The notes under the pieces: model-generated
Told to the model about the DNA's origin: nothing
Databases searched by the model: none
The model's input: the letters and a program-made list of their open reading frames with translations, nothing else
Part shown: one piece after another, positions 23,417 through 32,298 of the stretch
Position numbering within the stretch: the first letter of the stretch is position 1
Layout of the letters: each line of letters begins with the position of its first letter
Position numbers and translations under genes: made by a program
Assembly (NCBI GenBank): GCA_050251945.1
Contig: JBFWLW010000005.1
Location: 1-64,000 of the forward strand
Direction: 5' to 3'
DNA: 64,000 nt
DNA from: Deferribacterales bacterium
GTDB taxonomy: Bacteria > Chrysiogenota > Deferribacteres > Deferribacterales > Geovibrionaceae

Positions 23417-23806
23417 ATGGCTGACTATACATACGGAACAGGCAGAAGAAAAACATCCTGTGCCAGAGTTTTCATCAAACCCGGCAAAGGTGTTGTCACT
23501 ATCAACGGCAAAGAGCCTGAGGCTTATTTTGAGAGACCCACTCTTACAATGATCAGCCTCCAGCCCCTTTCCACTATCAGCGCTGAGGGCAAGTTCGACC
23601 TTTACATCACTGTTAAAGGCGGCGGTAAAAGCGGACAGGCCGGCGCAGTTCGTCACGGTATCGCAAGAGCACTTTGCGAATTCGATGCGACAAACCGTCC
23701 CGCACTGAAAAAAGAAGGATTCCTTACCAGAGACTCAAGAGCAGTTGAACGTAAGAAACCCGGTAAACCGAAAGCGAGAAAATCTTCTCAGTTCTCAAAA
23801 CGTTAA
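23417..23806 (+). CDS. rpsI: 30S ribosomal protein S9
   Basis: [21 protein letters not shown]. Confidence 0.97.
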   Translation: MADYTYGTGRRKTSCARVFIKPGKGVVTINGKEPEAYFERPTLTMISLQPLSTISAEGKFDLYITVKGGGKSGQAGAVRHGIARALCEFDATNRPALKKEGFLTRDSRAVERKKPGKPKARKSSQFSKR

Positions 23807-23809
23807 TGC

Positions 23810-23838
23810 AAAGCCCGGTTTCATCGCCGGGCTTTTTT
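23810..23838 (+). terminator. Rho-independent terminator after rpsI
   Basis: aagcccgg-loop-ccgggctt followed by a T run. Confidence 0.85.
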
Positions 23839-23841
23839 CGT

Positions 23842-23961
23842 TTAGCCTTTATATACATCGCATAACTTCGTTCTTTGCTCGGAAATTCTCCTCATGTACT
23901 TCTGTGTACACTGCGGGAATTTTCTCGCAAACGCCTTGTTCTGCTCGTATCTAAAGACTAA
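23842..23961. repeat. 120-bp imperfect palindromic (MITE-like) element
   Basis: Ends ttagcctttatatac / gtatctaaagactaa are 13/15 inverted; nested inner pairing. Confidence 0.55.
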
Positions 23962-24018
23962 GTTTAAATTCATCTATTGACCTGTTCGGTTCTAAAGCCG
24001 TGTTCTAAGACATTCCCC

Positions 24019-24050
24019 GTCTCTGCGAGGGCTTCAGCCCGAAGCAGTCT
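24019..24050. repeat. Single REP-like unit
   Basis: gtctctgcgagggcttcagcccgaagcagtct. Confidence 0.8.
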
Positions 24051-24057
24051 CATTCCT

Positions 24058-24414
24058 TCAGAATGTTATAACCTTTCCGCTGTTAATGACAAGTTCAGCC
24101 AATTCGTTCATTGTGCTTTTTACATCCGGTGAGAAATATGGTTCATTTTTGTGTATACCGCATCTTGCCTGACAGGTGCCGCATACTTTGAGAACGAGTC
24201 CTTTACCCATCAGTTCTTTCAGCATAGCTACAAGGTCTGTGTCATAATAGTCAGGCTTAACAGTTTTATCCCTTGCCAGATCAACCGAATCATTCATCAG
24301 AAAAATGCAGACTTTGCACTCTTTCTGTAATAGAGTGTTTGCCAGACGAAGTGCGTTCCATGTTTTATCACTTCCGTCATAAGGGTTTCCGTTAAGAATT
24401 ATGAGTATGTCCAT
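24058..24414 (-). CDS. DsrE/YchN family sulfur-relay protein
   Basis: NGNPYDGS...NALRLA, FLMNDSV, VCGTCQARCG. Confidence 0.8.
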   Translation of the reverse strand: MDILIILNGNPYDGSDKTWNALRLANTLLQKECKVCIFLMNDSVDLARDKTVKPDYYDTDLVAMLKELMGKGLVLKVCGTCQARCGIHKNEPYFSPDVKSTMNELAELVINSGKVITF

Positions 24415-24433
24415 ACTATCCCTCTAATTGCAT

Positions 24434-24453
24434 ATTTAGCTAAATTGCTAAGT
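24434..24453. promoter_or_regulatory. Candidate ArsR operator
   Basis: ATTTAGC-N6-GCTAAGT imperfect palindrome between divergent dsrE-like and arsR-like genes. Confidence 0.5.
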
Positions 24454-24491
24454 AATTTTACACTGACATATTATATTAGGCAAGGAGAGTT

Positions 24492-24812
24492 ATGAGCAAT
24501 TCAGTCAAATACGCCAAAGTATTTAAGGCTCTTGGGAACACAACGAGGCTTTCCATTATGCTGAAAGTTTTAAAATCGCCATATGTTTGCAATGCAGACA
24601 CATCAGCAGAAAATACGGATATTATAAGTCAGGCGACATGTGTAGGTACGATAGCCGCAGAGTTTAATTACAGTTTGCCGACAATATCGAGACATCTGAA
24701 AGAACTCAAAGATTCGGGATTGATCAAAATGTATAAATCAGGTAACCGTATATTTGTTGAACCGGATATGGATACTCTATGCGGAGTCAAAGAATTCATT
24801 AATACATTATAG
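24492..24812 (+). CDS. ArsR/SmtB family transcriptional regulator
   Basis: FKALGNTTRL, SLPTISRHLKELKDSGLI. Confidence 0.85.
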   Translation: MSNSVKYAKVFKALGNTTRLSIMLKVLKSPYVCNADTSAENTDIISQATCVGTIAAEFNYSLPTISRHLKELKDSGLIKMYKSGNRIFVEPDMDTLCGVKEFINTL

Positions 24813-25472
24813 CTGACCGGCTGCTATTATACAGACACAGATGATAAGCACCGTATTGATCACTGTTCTGAAGACCCTGTCAGGTGAAGCCGTCGAAAAC
24901 AGCTTTCCGATGAACCCTCCCGCAGCGGCGCCTATTCCTCCCGCCGCACCCGATAAGAAGATATCGCGGTCAATGACACCGAAAATTATATAGCCCGATA
25001 CCACAGTCATCAGGCAGACGAATTTTAAAGTGTAAAAAGTTCCTTTATCATCCACCGCTTTGGCGGGCGGTAAAGGGTCGATACCGAAGAAGCCTGTCAG
25101 CAAATATGACGGCAGACTGTTTCGGCCCCATCTGAAACCCAGTGCCAGATGGGATAAATAGAACAAAAGAAGAAGAAAGGAGTAAATGCGGATTTCAGTT
25201 ATTGAGTAGAGCCATGCGCCGGAAAGAGCACAGACGGCAACTATCGGCAGAGATTTTTTAAGTTTCGCCGGATCGGCATTCTGCCCGTGTGTCAGCACGT
25301 AGAATGTGTCGCTGAAAAGCATTGCGAAGGCTGTTGCCGGTGTTATTGCGCTCGCTGGCAGAAAAAGAAACGACAGAGGCAGAAAGATAAGCGAGCCGCT
25401 GCCGCCTGACAGATTTGCAGTAAACCATGCAAAAGCGCCGGTCAGAAATATCATGAGAAGATTTAGTTCCAT
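24807..25472 (-). CDS. TauE/SafE-like membrane protein (divergent or shortened)
   Basis: Multi-TM, N-terminal GGSGSLIFLP motif. Confidence 0.55.
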   Translation of the reverse strand: MELNLLMIFLTGAFAWFTANLSGGSGSLIFLPLSFLFLPASAITPATAFAMLFSDTFYVLTHGQNADPAKLKKSLPIVAVCALSGAWLYSITEIRIYSFLLLLFYLSHLALGFRWGRNSLPSYLLTGFFGIDPLPPAKAVDDKGTFYTLKFVCLMTVVSGYIIFGVIDRDIFLSGAAGGIGAAAGGFIGKLFSTASPDRVFRTVINTVLIICVCIIAAGQL

Positions 25473-25596
25473 AGCTTTCAGATATCAGAATAGTAACGGC
25501 AGAACAACGTTAATAATGAAAAGAAGGTTAAGGCTAAACAGATATCGAATAGTTGCTCATTTCTAATGTTGAGGTATAATATACTGGGAGGAGAAA

Positions 25597-26832
25597 ATGA
25601 TCTCACCGAGTGAAAAGGCGGAAAGGCTTGTTAAACGGTTAAAGCGCAGACCCATTCTGCTCATTGGGCTTTTGGCTCTGACTGCCGTGATGGTGAACGT
25701 TGTTCTCTTCGTTTACATCCAGTATATTGCAGAAGTGAATTCTGCAAAGCAGTTTATTGAAGCACAGCGCAAAATAGTGTCGTCAGATCTTGAAAAGTAT
25801 CTTGAAGACGACAATTCCTTCGGAATCTTTACACTTATCACCCGTCTGACCGATGCTGTACCGCATCTGGACAACATTGCCGTTTACAATTCTGACGGAC
25901 TTTACATGGCGGACGGCAAGGTGGACAGAGACAGTATAACTCCGGATGCCGATAATATAGTGTTTCGTATCCCTTTGACGGATAAACTCGGTAAGCATAT
26001 CGGAACTATGGAGTTTTTCATCAGCAGGGTATCCATCGTTAAAGTGATAGTCACAAACATCAGCAGTCTTATTCTGCTGAATATGTTGATTATTGTTTCC
26101 GGTCTGCTCACAGGACTGTATCTCAGCCAGCGTATGACTAAACCCATCAGTGATTATTCCAAACTGCACGAGGAGAACAGGCAGAAGCACGAGACACGTA
26201 TGGAAAACCTTTCGTTCGGACTTGCGCAGGAGCTTGCGGAACCGATAGACGAGATAAACCGCATAGTGGACAGCCTTGAAAGGCAGGGATACCGCCACGC
26301 GGACATAATGTCCATCCGCAATGAAACGTTTAAACTCGGGGAGCGGATCGGGGAGTTTGTGGAATACTCTCTTCCTGTCAGGATAACTGCTTCAAACGTC
26401 ACACTGGCTGAACTTGGCGACTGCATCCGCCGCAAAGCGTCCAGATATATACAAAAAAACCTCATTACTGCAGTACATTATACCGAAGACGTTAAAGTGA
26501 ATGTGGACAGGTCGAAGATATGCAAGATAGTGACGGTTCTTCTCAGCAATTCCCTTGATGCGGGCGCAAAAAACGCTGTGATACATCTGAATGTTGTGAA
26601 AAAGGGAATCGAGCTGATATACAACGACGACGGAAAGGGTTTCGGCGACGCCGATATGGACAAGATATTCCAGCCGTATTATACGACCAAAGCCGACGGC
26701 TCCGGTCTTGGGCTTGCCGTGTGCGCCGCGATAGCCGAGGCTATGACCGCGGAGATAACTGTATCCGACGGGGAAGAGGGCGGAGCGAGGTTCCGCATAG
26801 TCATCCCCTGTGAAGTCAATGACTTAGCCTGA
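25597..26832 (+). CDS. Membrane histidine-kinase-like protein lacking the phospho-acceptor His
   Basis: Two TMs; HATPase boxes NSLDA, DDGKG, YTTK, GSGLGL; H-box reads LAQELAEPI. Confidence 0.75.
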   Translation: MISPSEKAERLVKRLKRRPILLIGLLALTAVMVNVVLFVYIQYIAEVNSAKQFIEAQRKIVSSDLEKYLEDDNSFGIFTLITRLTDAVPHLDNIAVYNSDGLYMADGKVDRDSITPDADNIVFRIPLTDKLGKHIGTMEFFISRVSIVKVIVTNISSLILLNMLIIVSGLLTGLYLSQRMTKPISDYSKLHEENRQKHETRMENLSFGLAQELAEPIDEINRIVDSLERQGYRHADIMSIRNETFKLGERIGEFVEYSLPVRITASNVTLAELGDCIRRKASRYIQKNLITAVHYTEDVKVNVDRSKICKIVTVLLSNSLDAGAKNAVIHLNVVKKGIELIYNDDGKGFGDADMDKIFQPYYTTKADGSGLGLAVCAAIAEAMTAEITVSDGEEGGARFRIVIPCEVNDLA

Positions 26833-27487
26833 CCGCGTTAACTATATTTTCAAAATCCTGCGACTTGAGGCACAGAGCTTTTTTGAACTCTATCCTGTTT
26901 TCGTCTATTTTGTAACGGATGCCTCTGTATCTGTCGCGCAGGAGGTTTTCTGTCCGCTCAACTCTGTCCATACGTTCGGAATCTATAGGCAGGGTTAGCC
27001 TTGTCACCTTGCATGATTCGTCGTGAAAATCTATGCCTAAAGTTTTAACTTTTTCCAGTGTAAAGCTTTTTCCCAAACAAAGGTCGCGCAGCGGGGAAAC
27101 TGCGCCTGTTTCTGCCAGAGCCCGGAAACCCGGTCTGTTTTTTGGGTCGTCGTCAATATTCGTGCCGTCAAAAATAACGTCGGCTCCTGCGTATTCAGCA
27201 ATTTTTGCCAGCACTGCTTTTTTACAGTGGTAGCACCTGTCGGGTGTGTTTTCGTAAAACACAGAGGGCATCTCAGCAGGTGCTGTGATATGTTCAACAC
27301 CAAGCTTAGCGGCTATCTCCGCCGCTTTCTCTATTTCGTATTCAAAGACGTGTCCGCCGATGCATGTGAAAGCCTTAACGTTTTCCGCGCCCATGTTCTC
27401 TGCCGCCAGCATGAGAACCGCGGCACTGTCTGCGCCGCCGCTTAGAGCGACGTATGCCTTTTTGAACTTATTAAAATACGCTTGCAA
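26816..27487 (-). CDS. LarE-like PP-loop ATP-dependent sulfur transferase
   Basis: ALSGGADS, RCYHCK, DGTNIDD...RPG, SPL. Confidence 0.7.
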   Translation of the reverse strand: MQAYFNKFKKAYVALSGGADSAAVLMLAAENMGAENVKAFTCIGGHVFEYEIEKAAEIAAKLGVEHITAPAEMPSVFYENTPDRCYHCKKAVLAKIAEYAGADVIFDGTNIDDDPKNRPGFRALAETGAVSPLRDLCLGKSFTLEKVKTLGIDFHDESCKVTRLTLPIDSERMDRVERTENLLRDRYRGIRYKIDENRIEFKKALCLKSQDFENIVNAVRLSH

Positions 27488-28538
27488 TTAATCCTCCGCC
27501 GATAACGACATCATCTTTATAAATGCACGCAACCTGTCCCGGCGTCGGTGCGAACTCCGGCGTGTCGAATAAGACAGTTGCCGTGTTTGACGGCTGTATT
27601 TCAACCATGCATCCCACCGGTTCCATTCTGTAGCGGATTTTGACCTCTGCGGAAAAAATCCTGTCGTGGTCGGCAGGGTATTCCATATCGGTGAGTTTCA
27701 CGCCTCTTCCGGTCACTTCGTCCTTGTCGGAAAGCACTATATCTCCGGTTTTAGGGTCTATGGATTTAACGAAGAGCGGCTCGTGATAACCAATCTCCAG
27801 TCCGCGTCTTTGACCAACGGTGTAATAGATAATGCCTTTATGTTCTTTAAGTTTTTGTCCGTCTTTGATAAACCATCCCTTTCTGATTGTGGACGGATCT
27901 ACATGTTTTTCAAGAAAATCGCCGTAATCGCCGCCCATGAGGAAGCAGATATCCTGACTCTCCTTTTTTTCCGCTACGGAAAGTCCAAGCTCCGCCGCTT
28001 TCGCCTTAACGTCTGCCTTTGCCATCTCGCCAAGCGGAAATTCCACCACGTCTATCTGGCACTGGCGAAGCAGTGAAAGGTAATAAGACTGGTCTTTGGT
28101 ATGGTCGGTTCCCTTGGCAACGCGCAGGTTTTCGCCGTACATAACTTTTCTTGCGTAGTGTCCTGTGGCTATTTTTTCGGAGCAGGTGGATTTCATCTCA
28201 CGGAACAGGTAGTTGAGCTTTGCGTTCCTGTTGCACCATGCGCAGGGGTTAGGTGTTTTGCCCAGCTTGTAGGTTCTTACGAAATAGGAGATAACGTCCT
28301 CTTTAAAGAACTGGGTATAGTCCGCCGCATACCACGGCACGCCAAGTTCTTTCGCCGCTTTTTCGCCGTCGGCAAGAGCCTGTTCCTGTCCTTCAAAAAA
28401 CTTTATTGTAACGCCCTGAACGTCGTATCCCTGTTCTTTCATAATATGGGCTGTGAGTGTGCTGTCAACTCCGCCGCTCATGGCGACCAGAACTTTCGTT
28501 TTCAATTGATGCTCCGTTTTTGATGTATGGTTTAACAT
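27471..28538 (-). CDS. mnmA: tRNA 2-thiouridylase MnmA
   Basis: AMSGGVDS, TPNPC, ATGHYA, KDQSYYL, ESQDICF, TVGQRRG, TPGQ. Confidence 0.95.
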   Translation of the reverse strand: MLNHTSKTEHQLKTKVLVAMSGGVDSTLTAHIMKEQGYDVQGVTIKFFEGQEQALADGEKAAKELGVPWYAADYTQFFKEDVISYFVRTYKLGKTPNPCAWCNRNAKLNYLFREMKSTCSEKIATGHYARKVMYGENLRVAKGTDHTKDQSYYLSLLRQCQIDVVEFPLGEMAKADVKAKAAELGLSVAEKKESQDICFLMGGDYGDFLEKHVDPSTIRKGWFIKDGQKLKEHKGIIYYTVGQRRGLEIGYHEPLFVKSIDPKTGDIVLSDKDEVTGRGVKLTDMEYPADHDRIFSAEVKIRYRMEPVGCMVEIQPSNTATVLFDTPEFAPTPGQVACIYKDDVVIGGGLIASVF

Positions 28539-28622
28539 AGTTCAGGTGAGGGCATTTTTCAACAGCGGATGTTTGACTTATTTCTATTTTATAGTATGTT
28601 AATGAGATTGGGGGCATATGGA

Positions 28623-29222
28623 ATGATAAAAGTTGTATTCTTTGATTTTGGCGGAGTTATGGCGGATGAGGGCTGGGTTAACGGTTTAACAGACATAGCC
28701 AATCACCATGGCTTTTCACCGGATAAATTTTTTGACGACGCCTGCGACGTCCTGTGGAGCACAGGCTATATGTACGGACGTGCAGACGAGGCAACCTTTT
28801 GGCTCAGGCTGGGCGAAAGGTATGAGTTTAATATGTCGGTGGACGAGATGCGCAATGTCATTTTCGGCAGATTCACAATGCGTCCGAAGGTGCTTGAATT
28901 CATAAAGCGGGTTGCCGCTGCCGGATACCGCACGGCGATACTCAGCGATCAGACCAACTGGCTTGAGGAGTTCGACGACAGGTTCGACTTTTTCAGACTG
29001 TTCGAGCGGGTTTTTAATTCATACAGCCTCGGCACGGGAAAGAAATTTCCCGAAGTTTTTCCGCTGGTATGCAAAGAGATGGGCATTGAGCCGCAGGAGG
29101 CTCTTTTCGTTGACGACAACGAAGGGCATATAGGAAGGGCTAAGGTCTGCGGACTGAACACCGTGTTATTTACTGACCCCGACAGGGGGATTGAGGAGAT
29201 AAAAAAACTGATTAACGTTTAA
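28623..29222 (+). CDS. HAD-family hydrolase
   Basis: FFDFGGV, ILSD, LFVDD. Confidence 0.85.
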   Translation: MIKVVFFDFGGVMADEGWVNGLTDIANHHGFSPDKFFDDACDVLWSTGYMYGRADEATFWLRLGERYEFNMSVDEMRNVIFGRFTMRPKVLEFIKRVAAAGYRTAILSDQTNWLEEFDDRFDFFRLFERVFNSYSLGTGKKFPEVFPLVCKEMGIEPQEALFVDDNEGHIGRAKVCGLNTVLFTDPDRGIEEIKKLINV

Positions 29223-29233
29223 GGAGGATATGC

Positions 29234-29782
29234 ATGTTTAAACCGGATAAGCAGACCACGGCATTGGTTGTCATCGACATTCAGGAAAGACTTGTCAAGG
29301 CGATGGATGAGGAAGTTCTCAGAAAAATAACAGACAACACCGCAAGGCTCATCAAGGGTGCAAAAGTTCTGGGTATAAAAACTCTGGTCACCCAGCAGTA
29401 TACCAAAGGGCTTGGCGCAACCATCCCCGAGCTTGCGGAACATCTGAACTGCGAAGCCATAGAGAAGACCTCCTTCTCATGCTGCGGCGAGCTGAGTTTC
29501 ATTGATCAGCTTAAAACGGCCGGAGTTGATACTGTGGTTCTGTGCGGCATGGAGACCCACGTCTGTGTTTTGCAAACTGCTCTGGATCTGCTTCAGGCAG
29601 GTTACAAAGTGCATGTGGCGGCTGACGCCGCATGTTCGCGGGCAAAATTCAACTGGAAGACTGCGCTTAGGTATATGGAAAAGGCGGGCGCAGTTATAAC
29701 CGTGACCGAGACAGTGCTTTTCCAGCTTGTAGGCGGCGCCGGACGGGACGGTTTTAAAGAGATATCAGGACTTGTGAAATAG
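29234..29782 (+). CDS. Isochorismatase-family hydrolase
   Basis: VIDIQERL, EKTSFSC, GMETHVCVLQT. Confidence 0.88.
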   Translation: MFKPDKQTTALVVIDIQERLVKAMDEEVLRKITDNTARLIKGAKVLGIKTLVTQQYTKGLGATIPELAEHLNCEAIEKTSFSCCGELSFIDQLKTAGVDTVVLCGMETHVCVLQTALDLLQAGYKVHVAADAACSRAKFNWKTALRYMEKAGAVITVTETVLFQLVGGAGRDGFKEISGLVK

Positions 29783-29788
29783 ATTTTG

Positions 29789-29820
29789 GACGGGCAGAGG
29801 CGCAGAAACCTCTGCCCGTT
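29789..29820. terminator. Bidirectional terminator hairpin
   Basis: acgggcagagg-loop-cctctgcccgt between convergent genes. Confidence 0.75.
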
Positions 29821-29827
29821 TTGCGTG

Positions 29828-30031
29828 TCAGTTAGGTTTAACTTCCGTTTGTACGGGTTGTTGAGTTGTCTGTTCTGTCTTTGCGGAGTCAGCTTTTGCG
29901 TCGGGTTTAACTTCTGTCGTTGTTTCCTGTTTAACTGTTGTGTCAGATTGTGCTGAGTCGTCTGCTGCGAATGCAGAAACGGATGCAAGCATAAGAGCCG
30001 CTGCGAATACGAATGTGATAAGTTTTTTCAT
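29828..30031 (-). CDS. Small secreted low-complexity protein (67 aa)
   Basis: Signal peptide ending SAFA, polar T/Q/E/K-rich tail with TEVKP twice, AAGGAGA RBS. Confidence 0.75.
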   Translation of the reverse strand: MKKLITFVFAAALMLASVSAFAADDSAQSDTTVKQETTTEVKPDAKADSAKTEQTTQQPVQTEVKPN

Positions 30032-30069
30032 TGATCTTTCTCCTTATTGTTGATTGCTGTCTTTATCAA

Positions 30070-30085
30070 AGCAGATTGCGTGCCA
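30070..30085 (-). promoter_or_regulatory. Sigma54 -24/-12 promoter of the small secreted protein
   Basis: Minus strand TGGCACgcaatCTGCT, GG-N10-GC. Confidence 0.8.
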
Positions 30086-30162
30086 CATTTTAAATTTCAG
30101 ATAAAACATTTATAAATAAGTCTATTTGGTTTGGTGCTCACCGTGCTTTCATAAAGCCGTAT

Positions 30163-30234
30163 TGTATGGATTTTCATCCACTGTTTCGGGAATCTTTTGT
30201 TATCAAGCGGTTAAAATGCAGGGATTTTCCTACA
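30163..30234. promoter_or_regulatory. Two candidate enhancer (UAS) boxes
   Basis: TGTA-tggattttca-TCCA (30163-30180) and TGCA-gggattttcc-TACA (30217-30234), about 80 and 130 bp upstream of the -24 element. Confidence 0.55.
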
Positions 30235-30334
30235 CCGAAAACTGATGCAAAAAACGTAAATTGCTTTATCTATGTGATGCTTATTTTTCATGTTGCGTAT
30301 TGAATGTAGTTAATACAGGTGCTAAACTGCATTT

Positions 30335-31750
30335 ATGAAACTGAATGGAATATTTGCGCGTCTAATAATTACAAATTTCATTCCGCTGGTCTTTCTTTCG
30401 ATGTTTATGTCGTTCATTTTCTTTAAGATACAGAAACTTGACCGCCTGATGAAACAGGTTACGCTGGTTGAGATACCTGTGATTGAGAAAACGGACAGAC
30501 TGAGCGGCACCATCCTGCGTCAGATAGAATTCAGAGAAAAATACATCATTTCCATGGATAAGGACTTCCTGCGTCAGTACGAAGAATATACCGGTTCGTT
30601 CCGCAAAATGCTTGCGGAGCTGGACGCTGTTGCGGCAGGCGAGCGCAAACAGCAGGCGCTTGCAAAGCTCAGGACTGCTTATGATGAATATTCCCATGCG
30701 GAGGCGGTTTATATAAGAGACGGCGGGAAGGGATCGTATGTGCCGTCAGTAAACAGCGTTTCCGGGGCGCTTGAAGAGCTGAGGGGTGTTGCCGCCTCAA
30801 AGCGTGAAAAGGCGCTGAAAACGTCAGGCAGGCTCGTTGAGCAGGTAAGAACAGAGATCTTCTTATTTATCGTAACGGGCGGGGTTCTCATAGTCTGCCT
30901 TGCCTATCTGAACACCAGAAGCATAGCGCTTCCAATCAGAAAACTGAGTGAAAATACCCGCAGGGTTGCCAAAGGCACATACCCTGACCATATCGGTACG
31001 GGCGGTCCGTCCGAGATACGCAGGCTGTCGGAGGATTTCGGCACGATGGTGCGCCGCCTGAAAGAGAGCGACGAACTGCGGACAGAGTTCATCGGAAACG
31101 TTTCACATGAACTGCGTACGCCACTCACATCTATATACGAGGCTTCCTCAATGCTTAAAGAGGATTATTTTATTAACGACAGAGAGAGTTCCGAAAAACT
31201 GCTGAACATCATAGAAACCGAAAGCAAACGGATGATAAATTCCGTCAGCAATATATTGGAGATCACAAGGCTGGACATAGAGCAGGATTCATACATCATT
31301 GCACCTGTGGACATCGGGCGTGCAGCCGTCTCATCCATAGAGAAAACAGCGCCCATAGCGGCGGGGCGGGGAATTTCGGTGGTTTCCGATATAAGACCCG
31401 GCGAGATGGTCTATGCCGATGGGGAGAAGCTTTCTCTGGTATTTATGAACCTTATAGGAAACGCGCTGAAATATTCCGGCGACGGCTCTTTTGTTAAGGT
31501 TACGGCTGAGCGCAAAGACTCATTGCTGACCGTCTGCGTTTCGGACAACGGAACGGGGATAGATGCTGAAGAGCTTTCGCTGATATTTGAACGATACAGG
31601 CAGGGGAGCAACCGTTCCGCTGAGTATAAAGGCACCGGTCTGGGGCTTGCCATATGCAGGAAGATAATAGAAAAACATGGAGGCACGATATGGGCGGAAA
31701 GTCAGAAGGGCTGCGGAAGCAGATTTTTCTTTACGCTGCGCTGTGCCTGA
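30335..31750 (+). CDS. Membrane sensor histidine kinase (HAMP-HisKA-HATPase), GlrK/QseE-like
   Basis: Two TMs, SHELRTPL, NALKY, DNGTG, GTGLGL. Confidence 0.88.
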   Translation: MKLNGIFARLIITNFIPLVFLSMFMSFIFFKIQKLDRLMKQVTLVEIPVIEKTDRLSGTILRQIEFREKYIISMDKDFLRQYEEYTGSFRKMLAELDAVAAGERKQQALAKLRTAYDEYSHAEAVYIRDGGKGSYVPSVNSVSGALEELRGVAASKREKALKTSGRLVEQVRTEIFLFIVTGGVLIVCLAYLNTRSIALPIRKLSENTRRVAKGTYPDHIGTGGPSEIRRLSEDFGTMVRRLKESDELRTEFIGNVSHELRTPLTSIYEASSMLKEDYFINDRESSEKLLNIIETESKRMINSVSNILEITRLDIEQDSYIIAPVDIGRAAVSSIEKTAPIAAGRGISVVSDIRPGEMVYADGEKLSLVFMNLIGNALKYSGDGSFVKVTAERKDSLLTVCVSDNGTGIDAEELSLIFERYRQGSNRSAEYKGTGLGLAICRKIIEKHGGTIWAESQKGCGSRFFFTLRCA

Positions 31751-32298
31751 CGTTTGTCTGCTGCGGATGCGCCTTCACCGGGGCAGGGGACGGCGGCTTC
31801 GCGGGGCATTACGGCAAAGCGGAGTGCACACAGGCATACGACGCTCTTGAAACATTGAAAAGAGCTTTGAACGACCGCGATCTGTTCGGCTATGTCATTC
31901 TGTTCTCGGACAAAGACTGCGGCTGTTTCGACGAAGAACTGGCGGCGGCTTATTACGGCAGGATGAAAAACATCTATCCCGACAGTCAGTATACCGCATA
32001 TGCCGGACACATAATGAACCTCTTTGAAAAAGGCGTGAATGAAGAAAAAAAGAACTCCGAACTGACGGACGCCCTTGAGCTGGGACGGAAAAAACTGCAG
32101 GAAACAGAAGTCCAGAATAAAAAACTGACGGAATCTCTGAAAACGTCGGAAGAGGACAATAAAAAAATTTCTGAAGAAAATAAAGAACTAAACGAACGTA
32201 TAAGAGCTCTTAACAAAGAAAACGAGAGTATCAGAAATCAGCTTGAGAAGATGAAAGAAGTTGATATGAAGATAGGCGGGAAAATAATTGGAAAATAG
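31690..32298 (+). CDS. Putative lipoprotein with C-terminal coiled coil, QseG/YfhG-like position
   Basis: Hydrophobic segment ending VCCGC, long coiled coil ending QLEKMKEVD; lies between kinase and regulator; start uncertain. Confidence 0.6.
   Translation: MGGKSEGLRKQIFLYAALCLTFVCCGCAFTGAGDGGFAGHYGKAECTQAYDALETLKRALNDRDLFGYVILFSDKDCGCFDEELAAAYYGRMKNIYPDSQYTAYAGHIMNLFEKGVNEEKKNSELTDALELGRKKLQETEVQNKKLTESLKTSEEDNKKISEENKELNERIRALNKENESIRNQLEKMKEVDMKIGGKIIGK

Noticed and set aside
22545..23806. rplS directly followed by rplM-rpsI as a novel operon
   Set aside because: rplM has its own TTGACA-17-TAAATT promoter (22917-22945); simple juxtaposition
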